This document shows positions 50,256 to 60,074 of a stretch of DNA of 64,000 nucleotides, one piece after another (within the stretch, counting starts at the first letter, position 1; each line of letters starts with the position of its first letter). Source of the stretch: a virus; IMG/VR virus record IMGVR_UViG_3300023184_000062, positions 36,747 through 100,746 of that record; one strand, written 5' to 3'. Under the pieces are notes generated by a model, which was not told the DNA's origin, did not search any database, and worked only from the letters and a program-made list of their open reading frames with translations. Position numbers and translations under genes: made by a program.

Positions 50256-51386
50256 ATGAATAACAAATTTAGATTCCATATACTAGGTTTACCGCATACG
50301 GTTACAAGCAAAGAATACAATGCGTGTGCTTACACGCAGAAGGTTGTCAAATTTGGCAAGATGATGAAGGCCCGTGGCCATACAATCATTCACTATGGAC
50401 ATGAAGATAGCGATTTAGTTTGCGATGAACATGTAACCGTAATCACAAATGAAGATTGGAAAATTGCTTACGGCGATTATGATTGGCGTAAAAACTTTTT
50501 CAAATTCAGCACAGATGACCATGCTTATCAAACATTCTTTGCTAATGCTATAAGAGAAGTTGGAAAACGCAAACAAAAGAACGACTTCATATTACCCTTC
50601 TGGGGTAGTGGTGTAAGACCAATCTGTGATGCACATCCAGATATGATTACAGTAGAACCAGGCATTGGTTATGCAGGTGGTCATTGGGCACGTTGGAAGA
50701 TATTTGAAAGTTACGCTATCTATCACGCTTACTATGGACTAGATGCAGTTGGTACTTGTAAATCAGATTGGTATGATGCTGTTATACCAAACTACTTTGA
50801 TCCAGATGACTTTGACTTCAAAGAAGAAAAACAAGATTACTTCTTGTTCTTGGGAAGAGTATACAATGGTAAAGGTATTCATGTAGCAATACAAGCAACA
50901 GAAGCGATTGGTGCTAAACTAATCATTGCAGGACAGAATCCAGAGAACTTAGAATTTCCTCCTCACGTAGAGTTTGCAGGTTACGCTGATGTAGCTAAAC
51001 GCAAAGAGTTAATGAGTAACGCTAAAGCTGCATTCGTTCCATCAATGTATGTTGAACCGTTTGGTGGCGTACAAATTGAAATGTTAATGAGTGGCACACC
51101 TACAATCACAACTGACTGGGGTAGTTTCACAGAGAACAATGTTCATGGATACACTGGATATCGTTGTCATACATTTGATCAGTTTGTGTGGGCAGCAAAA
51201 AACATTCATAACATTGATCCAAAGAATTGCAGAAAGTTTGCTGAAAACTTTACACTAGAACGTGTTGCACCTATGTATGAAGAATACTTTCAAATGGTAT
51301 TAGATGTACATGAAGGCAAAGGATGGTATCAAATGCATGAGGACAGAACAAATATGAATTGGTTAAAGAAAGACTTACCAACATGA
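50256..51386 (+). CDS. Glycosyltransferase (GT4/GT-B)
   Basis: FLGR...KG, EPFGGV.IE...SGTP.I. Confidence 0.9.
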   Translation: MNNKFRFHILGLPHTVTSKEYNACAYTQKVVKFGKMMKARGHTIIHYGHEDSDLVCDEHVTVITNEDWKIAYGDYDWRKNFFKFSTDDHAYQTFFANAIREVGKRKQKNDFILPFWGSGVRPICDAHPDMITVEPGIGYAGGHWARWKIFESYAIYHAYYGLDAVGTCKSDWYDAVIPNYFDPDDFDFKEEKQDYFLFLGRVYNGKGIHVAIQATEAIGAKLIIAGQNPENLEFPPHVEFAGYADVAKRKELMSNAKAAFVPSMYVEPFGGVQIEMLMSGTPTITTDWGSFTENNVHGYTGYRCHTFDQFVWAAKNIHNIDPKNCRKFAENFTLERVAPMYEEYFQMVLDVHEGKGWYQMHEDRTNMNWLKKDLPT

Positions 51387-51943
51387 GCGATGATCACAAA
51401 TTTGAAATAGAGTATTGGGGCAACTGTGCTAATACTTTTGATGAAGATCAAAAGCATTATGTCTATGCTAAGTTTATGGAGATAACACGCATAGGTTATT
51501 CATTTGATGCACAAAACAAACGCATACTTGACATAGGCGGTGGCCCAAGTTCTATGCTTCTTAAGTGTAAGAACTTAGCTGAAGGTAAAGTCTGTGACCC
51601 TATTGACTATCCTGAATGGACTAAACTACGCTATGCTGGACATAACATCAGCGTTAATGTTCAACCAGGTGAAGAAGTTAATGAAGAAGGATGGGATGAA
51701 GTTTGGATTTACAATTGCTTACAGCATGTTGAAAGTGTAGAACGAATCATCAACAATGCTAAACGAGCAGCCCCTGTACTAAGACTATTTGAATGGATTG
51801 ATATTCCAGCACATGATGGACATCCTTTTGAACTAACTAAACAGATGCTAGACGATATCATCGGCTTACCAGGATCAGGTACTGTAACATTGCGTGAGTC
51901 AGGCTGCTATGGTAAAGCCTACTATGGCGTATTCAAACAATGA
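51383..51943 (+). CDS. Class I SAM-dependent methyltransferase
   Basis: ILDIGGGP; NCLQH; ATGA-coupled. Confidence 0.8.
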   Translation: MSDDHKFEIEYWGNCANTFDEDQKHYVYAKFMEITRIGYSFDAQNKRILDIGGGPSSMLLKCKNLAEGKVCDPIDYPEWTKLRYAGHNISVNVQPGEEVNEEGWDEVWIYNCLQHVESVERIINNAKRAAPVLRLFEWIDIPAHDGHPFELTKQMLDDIIGLPGSGTVTLRESGCYGKAYYGVFKQ

Positions 51944-51944
51944 A

Positions 51945-52778
51945 ATGAAACCGATTAGAATTTATATTTCGTGTAACGAGTTACCGAATACTAAAGCTAG
52001 TCTGTTTCATATCATCACTAAACTAAAAGCCAGTAATCTAAAAGACGAAAAGATAATCATAATCCATTCATGTGATTGGACACCTTATGATTTCTTAGAT
52101 GGATTAGACATTGAATATGTTGATAGTGGATTTACTGCGTCACATTATGAATTCCCTGCAATAAGAAAGTTCTGGCAAGATGCTAATCAATCAGACTTCT
52201 ATGGGCTATATCTACATTGTAAGGGTTCTAGTAAGACTGATACACTAGAGTTTGAGAATGGATTACGCTGGGCATCATTAATGATGTACGGTGTAGTTGA
52301 CAATAGCAGTACCTGTTTATATCATTTAGAGCAAGGTTGTGACTTAGTTGGTTCATTGTGGCATTGGCACTTTAAAGGAAACTTCTATTGGTTCAATTCA
52401 TCTTATGTTAAGCAGATAGTAGACCCATACTTGTTTGATTTAGATTACAGAAACAATTGCGAATTCTGGGCTACTTATGCTTATTGGTGGGGCAGATTTG
52501 AACTACCAAAGATAAAAAATTTATTCTATCTTCCTAGTGTAAGTAAAGATACTGAGTTTATTAATATAGACACACTGCCCTCACTACTCACAAAGAAAGT
52601 GATAGCAAGTAACTTTAATGATTACTTACTAACACAGGAATATTTTGCGTTTGATGTCATAGCAATAAAATATGTTGAGTTCATTCAGTTTAGAAACATA
52701 CTTAAAAAGTTTTTGAATTATGATGGAGTTGTTATAAACACAGACACTGGAGAAGTATTTAATTACGATATGTTATGA
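51945..52778 (+). CDS. Glycosyltransferase-like protein
   Basis: YEFPAI, LYLHCKG, HFKGNFYW, CEFW. Confidence 0.6.
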   Translation: MKPIRIYISCNELPNTKASLFHIITKLKASNLKDEKIIIIHSCDWTPYDFLDGLDIEYVDSGFTASHYEFPAIRKFWQDANQSDFYGLYLHCKGSSKTDTLEFENGLRWASLMMYGVVDNSSTCLYHLEQGCDLVGSLWHWHFKGNFYWFNSSYVKQIVDPYLFDLDYRNNCEFWATYAYWWGRFELPKIKNLFYLPSVSKDTEFINIDTLPSLLTKKVIASNFNDYLLTQEYFAFDVIAIKYVEFIQFRNILKKFLNYDGVVINTDTGEVFNYDML

Positions 52779-53671
52779 AAAAGATAGTATTTTACATGGA
52801 GCCCACTTGGGCGTTTGGAACAATTCACTATGAGTTGTGTAAGTATCTATGGGGGTATGGCTTTGACTGTCAACTACTACCTTGGAATCAAAGCTATAGT
52901 TTAGCAGAGATGCAGGAACTAATTGAGACTACAGACTTGTTTGTTACCACTCCACATGGATGGAGACTACTTGGTTACAGTTATAAGATAGTTGATCCAC
53001 GACAATGTGTAATTATCAGTCATTCAAAATTAGATATGGATGAACTAATAGAGATGCATGGGCATGATGACTTCTATAAGTTTCATAAGTACGGTGCCGT
53101 TAGTCAATGGTTAAGTGATGTTAGCTTACAGTTAGGTATTACTAGGCCAGCAACTGTTACTCCATTGGGTATTAACACTAGTAGTTTTTATAGTAAGCCA
53201 AACGATTCATTGCGTACTGTTGGCTGTATGAATTTAGGACAAGTGGGTGTACATCAAAAGATTAAGCGCCCGTGGTTGTTAGAGATTGCCACTCAACGAG
53301 CAGGGTTGAATATTAAAGCAGCAGCATCATACCATCATTCGTTTATAACAATGCCCGGCTTTTATAAATCAGTAGATGCGGTACTAATTGCTAGTACAGA
53401 AGAGGGGGCCGGACTACCTTTATTAGAAGCAGGTGCTGCCGGGAAATTAGTTATTAGTACCCCAGTTGGACACTACAGTAGAGTTGGGGATGCCGGTGCT
53501 AATTTTGTTCCGATTGAGGAAGCTGAGTTTATAGAAAAGACTGTAGAATTATTAAGTTACTATAAAGCGAACCCGGAACAATATCGTCAAAGATGTTTAG
53601 AGATACAGCACCATGCTCAATCATATGATTGGAAATACGTAATTGACAAGTGGATTGAAATACTAAGTTAA
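52775..53671 (+). CDS. Glycosyltransferase (GT-B)
   Basis: EGAGLP.LEA.AAG..VISTPVG, YDW. Confidence 0.85.
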   Translation: MKKIVFYMEPTWAFGTIHYELCKYLWGYGFDCQLLPWNQSYSLAEMQELIETTDLFVTTPHGWRLLGYSYKIVDPRQCVIISHSKLDMDELIEMHGHDDFYKFHKYGAVSQWLSDVSLQLGITRPATVTPLGINTSSFYSKPNDSLRTVGCMNLGQVGVHQKIKRPWLLEIATQRAGLNIKAAASYHHSFITMPGFYKSVDAVLIASTEEGAGLPLLEAGAAGKLVISTPVGHYSRVGDAGANFVPIEEAEFIEKTVELLSYYKANPEQYRQRCLEIQHHAQSYDWKYVIDKWIEILS

Positions 53672-53697
53672 AAAAAAGCCCCTTTCGGGGCCTTTTT
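53670..53697. terminator. Bidirectional Rho-independent terminator at the strand switch
   Basis: A-run-GCCCC-TTTC-GGGGC-CTTTTT between convergent genes. Confidence 0.85.
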
Positions 53698-53908
53698 ATG
53701 TTTTCAGTTTCATAAGCATATAGTCAGTATACTTTGACATACACATTGCGGGAATCTCCAAGAACGGATCCTCTAGGTGAAAGGGGCAAGCCGTTTTCCA
53801 TGACATATGTTCTTTGAAATATTTCAATTCACGCAAATCTTCAACCTTAGTTGGATCAAAGTTTCTACGTGGATTAAACTTATTAGCGAATGTGGTTAGT
53901 ACTGACAT
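53696..53908 (-). CDS. Conserved phage hypothetical protein
   Basis: R.FDP....D......F....W...CPF.LE.PF..IP.M. Confidence 0.7.
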   Translation of the reverse strand: MSVLTTFANKFNPRRNFDPTKVEDLRELKYFKEHMSWKTACPFHLEDPFLEIPAMCMSKYTDYMLMKLKT

Positions 53909-53918
53909 ATATTAATCC

Positions 53919-54107
53919 TTAAGAACGTTCCATTGCAGCGGCTTCAGCGATTACAGCATAGACTTCTTCCAATGTTTGGCACATAATCTTTGCAGATTTC
54001 CAATCATTGTTTGAGTCATTGCCAGATACGTCAACCATAAAACCATTGTCATACATATTGACAGTTAGGTTGTCATTGCATTTTGCAATTTTATCAGAGA
54101 GTTTCAT
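53919..54107 (-). CDS. Hypothetical protein
   Basis: AAGGA SD; YDNGFMV.VSG...DW...KI. Confidence 0.7.
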   Translation of the reverse strand: MKLSDKIAKCNDNLTVNMYDNGFMVDVSGNDSNNDWKSAKIMCQTLEEVYAVIAEAAAMERS

Positions 54108-54148
54108 ATTATTCCTTTGTTGGGGTAGGGGCATATAGCCCCTTTACA

Positions 54149-54538
54149 TTACTTAGTAGTAACGCCAGCTTCGGCAAGAACTTGTTCTACCGAAACTTCT
54201 TTAGTAGCCTTCTTAGCACGTGCCTTGATAGCATCAATACTAGGCTTGGTCTTAGAGACTTTAACCTTTACAGTACCCTTACTTGCTTCCTTTGTTTTAT
54301 CAGCAAGAGTATCAGCAATAGTTGCCTGATCAGCGGGTGATTGAAAATCGGCATGTGTAGCCAAATAGTTGAGAGCCTCAATTTTTGTCATCTCACTGGG
54401 CAAGTCAACAAAGTCAACACGAGTGTGTCCACCTTTAGTGAATTGCTTGATACGGCGAACCATATCATCAGTAAAACGAACCTTAGTATTACCATTGTTA
54501 GTAGTCATACCAGCGACTTTGAAAGTTTGTTTAGCCAT
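54149..54538 (-). CDS. Conserved basic phage protein
   Basis: F.VAG....G..KVRF...R.K...K.GH....LP..MTK; AAGGA SD. Confidence 0.75.
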   Translation of the reverse strand: MAKQTFKVAGMTTNNGNTKVRFTDDMVRRIKQFTKGGHTRVDFVDLPSEMTKIEALNYLATHADFQSPADQATIADTLADKTKEASKGTVKVKVSKTKPSIDAIKARAKKATKEVSVEQVLAEAGVTTK

Positions 54539-54602
54539 TTTGTTTCCTTTAAGATAAAGCTAAGTTTTTAAAAATGTACTGATATCACTCAGCACTGTTA
54601 TA

Positions 54603-54631
54603 ATGATAACACAGAACGGAATTATTGTCAA
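54603..54631 (-). promoter_or_regulatory. sigma70 promoter
   Basis: TTGACA-N17-TATCAT. Confidence 0.65.
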
Positions 54632-54649
54632 CCATTTGTATTACCAAAA

Positions 54650-54889
54650 TTATTTTGCTTTACCCGAAAGAGTAAAGCTACCAAGGACACTTCCTGCTTC
54701 CGCAAGGTCCTCAACTTCATCATGGTATTCAGCAATTGCCAAATTCAATTGTGTTCCTACATTCCGAACCACTCGGCGAACATATTCCGATTCTTCTGGT
54801 CCGAGCATTACGAAATATTTCGCAAGTTGTTCCTGACTTAGTGACGACAAGAAATCAAAAAACAATAGTTGTTCATTATCAATATTCAT
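54650..54889 (-). CDS. Hypothetical protein
   Basis: ATGA-coupled, GGAG SD. Confidence 0.65.
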   Translation of the reverse strand: MNIDNEQLLFFDFLSSLSQEQLAKYFVMLGPEESEYVRRVVRNVGTQLNLAIAEYHDEVEDLAEAGSVLGSFTLSGKAK

Positions 54890-55065
54890 GCTTCTACTCC
54901 TGCAATATATTCCAATTCTGAAATTGCATCTTCAATAGTATCATAACCACACTCATCAACGGATCCATCATAGAGGCGGATATAGTATTGACCATTGCCC
55001 GGAGAAGCCTCTGTATCAAGACCAGCCTCTCCTACGCTGGGGATAACTTTCATTGTGATGTCCAT
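54886..55065 (-). CDS. Hypothetical protein
   Basis: GAGG SD; operonic. Confidence 0.6.
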   Translation of the reverse strand: MDITMKVIPSVGEAGLDTEASPGNGQYYIRLYDGSVDECGYDTIEDAISELEYIAGVEA

Positions 55066-55066
55066 A

Positions 55067-55480
55067 TTAAGCCTCAACCACGTAATGTTTGTCCCACTTG
55101 CCTACGTTAACATCAACATACCATCCTACGTTAAAGTAGTCGGATTGAATGTCAGAGTGGTCATGATTGCCATCATTCATAGCAGCAAACACTTCCTTCA
55201 TAAAAGCAAGGGCTACGCCGTCATAATGATTTTGGAAATGATAGGGATTAACATCATCATAGCCGTTAGTGTTAGGAGTAAAACCACGAGCCACTTGATA
55301 GTAGTCATTACCACAAACTTTATTGGAATTTGCGATAAAGTCAATTACACCTGACTTCAGGGTCAAGCACAGGGTCATGTGATTGCGTACAGACAACGAA
55401 CCCTTAACCTTGTACTTAGCAAGAATAGCCTTGATTTTAGGGGCGATTTTTGCTTTCTTTTCCTGAGACATATAAGCCAT
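55067..55480 (-). CDS. Conserved phage early protein (MAYMSQE family)
   Basis: MAYMSQE.K...D.SD.Q.DYF..GWY....GKW.K.Y. Confidence 0.75.
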   Translation of the reverse strand: MAYMSQEKKAKIAPKIKAILAKYKVKGSLSVRNHMTLCLTLKSGVIDFIANSNKVCGNDYYQVARGFTPNTNGYDDVNPYHFQNHYDGVALAFMKEVFAAMNDGNHDHSDIQSDYFNVGWYVDVNVGKWDKHYVVEA

Positions 55481-55543
55481 TTGAGAACTCCTGTAATTAA
55501 CTGAATAAGACTCTATTATATACCCAAATCCAATTATTGTCAA
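55481..55543 (-). repeat. Early promoter/leader/RBS repeat copy
   Basis: 3 mismatches over 58 bp versus the copy at 22640. Confidence 0.9.
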
Positions 55544-55824
55544 CCTTTGTAGGCGATGACGCGGATATAAGTTAAGTGTCCATAGAGAGAAAAAGTAGTA
55601 TAAAGTTTGGGTACAGACTTAGTAAAACCTGCTTCTTGGAAGAAATCACGGGCTTGATGAATCACTTCATCAGCATGATCCGGGTGAACCGGAAACACAA
55701 CTGTGCGGCGAGTTGGGTCATTCTCAGTGGTCTTATCGGTGTAAGTATTTTCTGGTAGATTAGCACCGGATGATTTGAAAGCAAGTTTCAACAATTTACG
55801 GGCTTCTATTGTAGATGCAAACAT
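55540..55824 (-). CDS. Early hypothetical protein (single-gene cassette)
   Basis: Between two promoter repeats; stop inside the -35 box. Confidence 0.7.
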   Translation of the reverse strand: MFASTIEARKLLKLAFKSSGANLPENTYTDKTTENDPTRRTVVFPVHPDHADEVIHQARDFFQEAGFTKSVPKLYTTFSLYGHLTYIRVIAYKG

Positions 55825-55887
55825 TTTAAAAATCCTTTAACTAACTGATTAAGACTCTATTATATACCCAAATCCATTTATTGTCAA
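55825..55887 (-). repeat. Early promoter/leader/RBS repeat copy
   Basis: TTGACAataaatggatttgggtaTATAATagagtcttaatcagttagttaaAGGA. Confidence 0.9.
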
Positions 55888-55896
55888 CCGTCGGGA

Positions 55897-56067
55897 TCAG
55901 GAATTTACTGTATTATAGGGACTCAAATCTTCCCCATATTGGTCATATTCCAGAATGTCATATACAAAGTGTACGGGGACTCCTAGTCGTACAGAGATAG
56001 ACACTGGGTTGTACCCTTCTTCCAACATATCACGGATGCACAGATCCAATTCAGCCATTTTGCTCAT
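55897..56067 (-). CDS. Small HTH-like protein (56 aa; not in the ORF track)
   Basis: MSKMAELDLCIRDMLEEGYNPVSISVRLGVPVHFVYD; ATGA-coupled. Confidence 0.6.
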   Translation of the reverse strand: MSKMAELDLCIRDMLEEGYNPVSISVRLGVPVHFVYDILEYDQYGEDLSPYNTVNS

Positions 56068-56279
56068 TTTGAATTACTCACGGTTGTTTTAAACAAGATA
56101 CCAGACAATGTAGAAATACCCCAAGCCTGAACCCAAGACACTTCGTTGATACCAACAATAGCACCAACTAGTGCGTTATTCCAAAGCCACATCACGGGCC
56201 AACTTAGCAAGAAACTAAGAAATACAATACTAGCACTACCAACGATTGCGGCACCAATAACAATAAAAACTTTATCCAT
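56064..56279 (-). CDS. Small membrane protein
   Basis: P.MWLWN...W.QAWG...L...LFK. Confidence 0.7.
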   Translation of the reverse strand: MDKVFIVIGAAIVGSASIVFLSFLLSWPVMWLWNNALVGAIVGINEVSWVQAWGISTLSGILFKTTVSNSK

Positions 56280-56289
56280 GATTTACTCC

Positions 56290-56568
56290 TTAAGCGGCAG
56301 ACAACATGTTAGCCGGGACACGCCATGTATTCAATGGACCAGTCTTAACGATAACAAATTTGCGATTGATTTTTTGTACATCGCCTGTGATTACCATACC
56401 GTTGCGGCTATTAGTGAATTTCACTTTAGTACCTACGGTCAGGGTGTACTTGTTTTTCTGTGCGATTTGGGCACGAGCAAAACGAATTGCATCGGTGATG
56501 CTAGTCAGTTGGTCATTGGTAAAGTTACCTGCTAGAATAGCACGGTTGATTTCAGAAATGTCAGTCAT
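56290..56568 (-). CDS. Early SH3-like protein
   Basis: L.VG.KV.F...G.V.KINRK.V.V...WRVP..ML. Confidence 0.7.
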   Translation of the reverse strand: MTDISEINRAILAGNFTNDQLTSITDAIRFARAQIAQKNKYTLTVGTKVKFTNSRNGMVITGDVQKINRKFVIVKTGPLNTWRVPANMLSAA

Positions 56569-56629
56569 AAAAACTCCTTTAGTTAACTGATTAAGACTCT
56601 ATTATAAACCCAAATCTATTTAATGTCAA
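56569..56629 (-). repeat. Early promoter/leader/RBS repeat copy
   Basis: TTGACAttaaatagatttgggttTATAATagagtcttaatcagttaactaaAGGAG. Confidence 0.9.
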
Positions 56630-56630
56630 A

Positions 56631-56861
56631 TTATTTTTTCAGGTCTTGCTCAATTTTATTGAGAGTTTCCTGAGATTCCAAACGGGTTAGCAAAAGACTG
56701 TAACCCAAATAAAATATAAAACCAATAGCCCCGAGACCAATTGCGATGCCGATTGTTTCACGCGGAACATTAGCAAAGATATAATCAATGGACAACGAGA
56801 CTCCTGCGGCAAATGCTACGAGACCAACCAATTGTAATAGTGCTTTAAGTTTAAGAGACAT
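56631..56861 (-). CDS. 2-TM membrane protein
   Basis: AAGGA SD; own promoter 56892-56920. Confidence 0.7.
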   Translation of the reverse strand: MSLKLKALLQLVGLVAFAAGVSLSIDYIFANVPRETIGIAIGLGAIGFIFYLGYSLLLTRLESQETLNKIEQDLKK

Positions 56862-56891
56862 TTTTAATTTCCTTTTTAAGTTAATATGTGT

Positions 56892-56920
56892 AGTATACAC
56901 CCAAGACCATTTAATGTCAA
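56892..56920 (-). repeat. Early promoter repeat copy
   Basis: TTGACAttaaatggtcttgggtgTATACT. Confidence 0.85.
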
Positions 56921-57120
56921 GTTTTGGGGGCGTATTTTTTTGTTAATTCTTGGACTTCTTCCTCAGTGGCCAGTCCATTATTAATCAATCTTTTCTGTTC
57001 CTGATTGATAGCAGACCGTTCTTCCTTACCACGGTGCCAGGCAGTGTAGTCATCACTATAGTCATAATACCAATCATGGGCCTGTAATAGTTTTTCCAAG
57101 ATAGCGAGAGATTCGTTCAT
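56917..57120 (-). CDS. Conserved phage small protein
   Basis: L..HDWYYDYSDD...W..G; stop inside the -35 box. Confidence 0.7.
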   Translation of the reverse strand: MNESLAILEKLLQAHDWYYDYSDDYTAWHRGKEERSAINQEQKRLINNGLATEEEVQELTKKYAPKT

Positions 57121-57121
57121 A

Positions 57122-57274
57122 TCAAAACTCCTGTTTAGAATGTTTGGGTTTACGTTTGTACAACACCTTAGATTGTACAATTTTTTGCTTGAACGGAGTG
57201 TTGTTTTTAAACAACACTAGGTGAGCCCTGTGTTTGGGCTGTTCAACTGTGAATGAGAGTATTTGCTTTTTCAT
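57122..57274 (-). CDS. Basic peptide resembling ArfA (alternative ribosome rescue factor); leaderless
   Basis: LF..NTPFKQKIVQSK.LYKRKPKH versus ArfA LL.DPLFRQRVE...SY.RKGKH. Confidence 0.45.
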   Translation of the reverse strand: MKKQILSFTVEQPKHRAHLVLFKNNTPFKQKIVQSKVLYKRKPKHSKQEF

Positions 57275-57281
57275 AACCCAT

Positions 57282-57310
57282 AGTATAGCAGATACTCCAT
57301 TTATTGTCAA
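57282..57310 (-). promoter_or_regulatory. Early promoter (repeat variant)
   Basis: TTGACAataaatggagtatctgcTATACT. Confidence 0.8.
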
Positions 57311-58311
57311 CTGAGTTTTTTATACACAACCGTAGTATCGGAACTTTTGGAATTCATTGTCACAGTTTGATTAATTTGCCTTTTGCTACTTATCACACTC
57401 AAAACATCAACTTTATCATATCCAAACTCATTATGGTATTTTAAAACATCAACGTTCATATCACGATTCTTGACTTTACCCACATTCCAACAACTGGTTC
57501 CGTTGTCTTTTAAATGTTCAATACTCAACTTGATTACTTCACGCAAGAATCCATCAGCCCAATCTTGATAAGTTGTTGTATTGGTTATTGATTGTGTTTG
57601 TTCATGTATATAAACTTCTAAATCAAAGTAAGGAGGGCTTGTCAATACTAAATCTACTTTAGGTAAATTGTATTGTTTCATATTACGAGCATCATCACAT
57701 ATCAATGTGACTTTGTTTTGTATGCCCAAGAAATTAGCCATACTCATTAGATTGTTATATGTAGTAGTGTTAGGTTCAAACGCAATATATTGTGCCCCAT
57801 AACTCACTGCACCTAACATACGTCCTCCCCAACCGGCACACGGATCAAGTACAATTTCAGGTTTATATTTCAGACAGGCCAGCTTCATCATCTGTGGACG
57901 ATACATTGTGTTCTTTGTCAACCCACAACAAAAGTAAATCCCACGTTTCAATTCACTAAGATAGGGTGTGCTATGGGATTTACGATTCCAACGTAATATC
58001 TTTTCTAAATTAGTGGGTGTCCATAGACTTTTAAAACTAATACCTGTATTATTTTCAATATCATAAAAGTTAGGGCAGTAGTGTTCGCTTAGTTTCATCC
58101 CTATGCGTGATGTAGAACTAATGTCATTGTCAGTGCTAGTCCATTTACAGAGATTATCCCAATCTTTATTTAATTCAGCAGGGGTATATTGCGGGTAATA
58201 ATTTGTTTGCGATAACTCTACTGCCAAACTAGGCACAATCGCATTAAAATCTACATCAGATAGATTTCGTGTTGAGAAACGTTTATTTAAAACATCAACT
58301 AGTTTTACCAT
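57307..58311 (-). CDS. Amino-DNA methyltransferase (N4-C/N6-A)
   Basis: Motif I LDPCAGWGGR; motif IV TSPPYF.LE.Y. Confidence 0.88.
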   Translation of the reverse strand: MVKLVDVLNKRFSTRNLSDVDFNAIVPSLAVELSQTNYYPQYTPAELNKDWDNLCKWTSTDNDISSTSRIGMKLSEHYCPNFYDIENNTGISFKSLWTPTNLEKILRWNRKSHSTPYLSELKRGIYFCCGLTKNTMYRPQMMKLACLKYKPEIVLDPCAGWGGRMLGAVSYGAQYIAFEPNTTTYNNLMSMANFLGIQNKVTLICDDARNMKQYNLPKVDLVLTSPPYFDLEVYIHEQTQSITNTTTYQDWADGFLREVIKLSIEHLKDNGTSCWNVGKVKNRDMNVDVLKYHNEFGYDKVDVLSVISSKRQINQTVTMNSKSSDTTVVYKKLS

Positions 58312-58880
58312 TGATTTATACTTTTTACCCAAGGTTCATTAAGAAATGATTGCCAAGATTCTGGTCCTGTCATAAACATCCAATCGTCATTTCCGCCATT
58401 CTTACCTGCCTGCTGTCTACCAAAATACTTACGTTTTGCATCAGATTTAGATACTTCATTTACAAAATCAATTTTATTGAACCACACAACATAAGGATTA
58501 CAGTCAATATTAATACCGACTAGTATAGCACGTTCCCAGTCTTTGTTTACAGAGAAATGGTTGAATGAAAAAACATCAGTTAATGTTAAACTTTTATCTT
58601 TACCGTTTCTATGTGAAAGACCAAATTTGATTTCAGTAAGAAAATTTGTAATTACTCTATCATGTCCACTAGTAGAAGTTTTTGCTTTTTTGACTTCATG
58701 GCCCAAACCAATCATCAATGTTTCAACAAACAACTCTCCGTATTTGCCTTTTATTTTGTTGTTTATATTTACATATCCTTTAAAGGGAGTATTGATCCAA
58801 GGATCAATATCAGACTTTAAAAAATCTAAAAGTTTGTTGTTTTGTAATAGTGGTATACTTTGTGTTGAATCTAATTTCAT
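58305..58880 (-). CDS. Putative PD-(D/E)xK restriction endonuclease
   Basis: KG.YGE.F...GHD...EIK; overlaps the MTase start. Confidence 0.65.
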   Translation of the reverse strand: MKLDSTQSIPLLQNNKLLDFLKSDIDPWINTPFKGYVNINNKIKGKYGELFVETLMIGLGHEVKKAKTSTSGHDRVITNFLTEIKFGLSHRNGKDKSLTLTDVFSFNHFSVNKDWERAILVGINIDCNPYVVWFNKIDFVNEVSKSDAKRKYFGRQQAGKNGGNDDWMFMTGPESWQSFLNEPWVKSINQW

Positions 58881-58915
58881 ATAGTATATAGCATACTATA
58901 TGATGATTTAAATTT

Positions 58916-59245
58916 TTAAATACTAAATTCTACCCTAGTAACGTTTTTTGTAGTAAAGCTACGCCATTCCTTTTTCTCTAAATCATATACACGAATACTA
59001 GTGGTTGATTCTTTACGAGGTTGTTTACCCTCTGCTAAGGGCTTTACTTCAACTACGGGTAATAGTTCGGGTTTCAATGTGCAATTCATTACACGTACAG
59101 TACCATCTACCTTAGTGAAAGTTACCGTAACACTCTCATTAATTTTGAGCATTCCAGTCAACCAATTACTAAACTTATTCCATTCCTTATCATCCCAATC
59201 TTTTGTTGGATGATAAGGTTTATCTAGTACATCAATCGTTTCCAT
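58916..59245 (-). CDS. WYL_2/SH3-barrel protein
   Basis: VTFTKVDG.VR.M.CTL...V.D.EK.EWRSF. Confidence 0.75.
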   Translation of the reverse strand: METIDVLDKPYHPTKDWDDKEWNKFSNWLTGMLKINESVTVTFTKVDGTVRVMNCTLKPELLPVVEVKPLAEGKQPRKESTTSIRVYDLEKKEWRSFTTKNVTRVEFSI

Positions 59246-59774
59246 CTTGTTCTTCCCATGTAGTAAAAAAGTTTTTCATTTTTAGTTCTTTTTCCCACTC
59301 ATCGGCGTAATCATTGTCTATATCACACAAGGCAAGTGCTTCCTTCTTAGATACAACACGATGGCTAACAATCTGTTCACCAAGATGTTCCTGACTAAAC
59401 TCTTTTGCTTCGCCCATTGTTACAGTATCCAATGCCCATTTAGCCTTATCATTACCATAGTCATCAATGCCAACTGGTACTTCAACCATGTAACGAGTAC
59501 GGAAAGTACTGACTGCTTCAACCAACACCCATTGCTTCTCCTCGGATGCTTTCTTTCTAATACTAAATGATCCGTCTTTATTATCTTTCCACTTCAGTAT
59601 ATCACCAATTTCAAATCCTTGCGATTTCATCAGATCATCTGGAAGTGGAAGAATCAAATCACCTGTCTCTGGATCTTCCTGTAATGTTGCGACCCAAGAG
59701 TTATCACCTGTCTTAACCCATCCGGGATCAAGTTTACTTGGTTCAATTTTAGATTCAATTTTCTTTTTACCCAT
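59232..59774 (-). CDS. AbrB-like domain fusion protein
   Basis: GDLILPLPDDL....G..IGD.L.W; EFSQ.HLGE.IVS. Confidence 0.7.
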   Translation of the reverse strand: MGKKKIESKIEPSKLDPGWVKTGDNSWVATLQEDPETGDLILPLPDDLMKSQGFEIGDILKWKDNKDGSFSIRKKASEEKQWVLVEAVSTFRTRYMVEVPVGIDDYGNDKAKWALDTVTMGEAKEFSQEHLGEQIVSHRVVSKKEALALCDIDNDYADEWEKELKMKNFFTTWEEQDGND

Positions 59775-59783
59775 GATATTTCC

Positions 59784-60074
59784 TTAATTAATTAACATAC
59801 GAACAAGACCAACACTATCAATTGTCACTAACAACATATAATTGGCAATCATACCAAATGACTTGCGAGTATAACTAGCCCAAGCATACATAGCGCAACC
59901 AGTGATCCATATAGGATAAAGAATGAGAAGGGGTGGGTGTGGTACTGTGAGCGCCATTGTGACCGAACACCCGACACTAATAATCCAAGCCGTAACTTCA
60001 ACGACAAAACGAAGAGGGTTTGTTGAATAGTCATCTTTGATGTAATTGTAAATGTTAAGCAATATTAAGTTCAT
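59784..60074 (-). CDS. Small 3-TM membrane protein
   Basis: Hydrophobic helices. Confidence 0.7.
   Translation of the reverse strand: MNLILLNIYNYIKDDYSTNPLRFVVEVTAWIISVGCSVTMALTVPHPPLLILYPIWITGCAMYAWASYTRKSFGMIANYMLLVTIDSVGLVRMLIN

Noticed and set aside
54541-54650. Possible tRNA or ncRNA in larger intergenic gaps (also 25582-25690)
   Set aside because: No cloverleaf or TpsiC motif; the gaps are explained by promoters and short hairpins
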